Origin: Epithemia pelagica
Lineage: Eukaryota > Protista > Bacillariophyta
Assembly (NCBI GenBank): GCA_946965045.2
Contig: OX337228.1
Span: forward strand, 6,758,001-6,822,000
Direction of reading: 5' to 3'
Length of the DNA: 64,000 bases
The notes below the pieces were generated by a model. It worked only from the letters and a program-made list of their open reading frames with translations, was not told where the DNA came from and ran no database searches. Position 1 is the first letter of the stretch. Each line of letters opens with the position of its first letter. Of the stretch, positions 63,615-64,000 are shown piece after piece. Position numbers and translations under genes: made by a program.

Positions 63615-64000
63615 TTAAATACCATCTTCATCGTCATCTCCCACATCTCCATACCGCCACATGCCGGACCGCGATTTACGTGCCACTTGTTCCATCTCTT
63701 GCAATTGTCCGGCCAATTGAGATATGACGGAACCATCCACCATGCGGGCTGCCAAAGCCTCCACAGCAGGTGATTTGGCCACACGTGCGAGACCGGCGCC
63801 AATCAGTTCGGCATTGACCAGTGTCCCCGTGGTTTCTTCCAAGGTGGCGGCCATTTTCCCGGTATCAGGATCGGGTCCCAAGAGACGAATCGTGACATCC
63901 TTGCCCCAACAGGAACCTTGCAACCATCGTGCGGCATCGACCCCTTCATCGGTATTCAAGGATCGACAGACGGTCAAGGCCAAGACGGCTTCCTTGGCCA
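63615..64000 (-). CDS. SND1: Tudor staphylococcal nuclease (Tudor-SN), 3' end only
   Basis: VNAELIGAGLARV...ARKSRSGMWRYGDVGDDDE is the SN5 C-terminus; the frame runs off the window end. Confidence 0.8.
   Translation of the reverse strand, partial: AKEAVLALTVCRSLNTDEGVDAARWLQGSCWGKDVTIRLLGPDPDTGKMAATLEETTGTLVNAELIGAGLARVAKSPAVEALAARMVDGSVISQLAGQLQEMEQVARKSRSGMWRYGDVGDDDEDGI

Noticed and set aside
1-64000. Autonomous transposon, viral or prokaryotic insert
   Set aside because: No RT, integrase, DDE transposase, Rep/helicase, capsid or operon-like signature was recognised.

Overview
Gene-dense eukaryotic chromosome segment, most consistent with a pennate diatom or close stramenopile. Evidence: short GT-AG introns, an LHC-family antenna gene, bipartite plastid-targeting presequences, an intron-containing tRNA-Tyr, and Q/T/D microsatellite-rich coding sequence. 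About 24 intact-looking protein genes and one tRNA are supported. They include an Aurora-like kinase, a CAF16-like ABC ATPase, DnaJ, a PHD-bromodomain protein, PPIL4, an LHC protein, PPCS, a triose-phosphate translocator, a GDH-like protein, DYRKP, GT64, DDX49, COX7a-like, ArfGAP, an aldo-keto reductase, STE24, acetyl-CoA synthetase, a ~3,075-aa IQ-repeat protein, SerRS and Tudor-SN. Two things stand out. (1) A decayed island at ~3.2-9.1 kb holds a multiply disrupted Rab3GAP catalytic-subunit gene, a 5'-truncated and disrupted PP4R1-like gene, and a back-to-back truncated gene fragment. These surround an intact orphan cassette: an ORF with an N-terminal membrane segment and a C-terminal RRSARL motif, then a canonical-looking intron, then a modular array of long hairpins with a cUUCGg tetraloop whose deviations are mostly G-U compatible on the + strand. 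(2) An intact, mitochondrion-targeted glutamate dehydrogenase homologue has all three active-site lysines and the catalytic aspartate replaced, making it a candidate pseudoenzyme. No CRISPR, rRNA or autonomous transposon was seen. All family assignments come from motif recognition by eye, not database searches.
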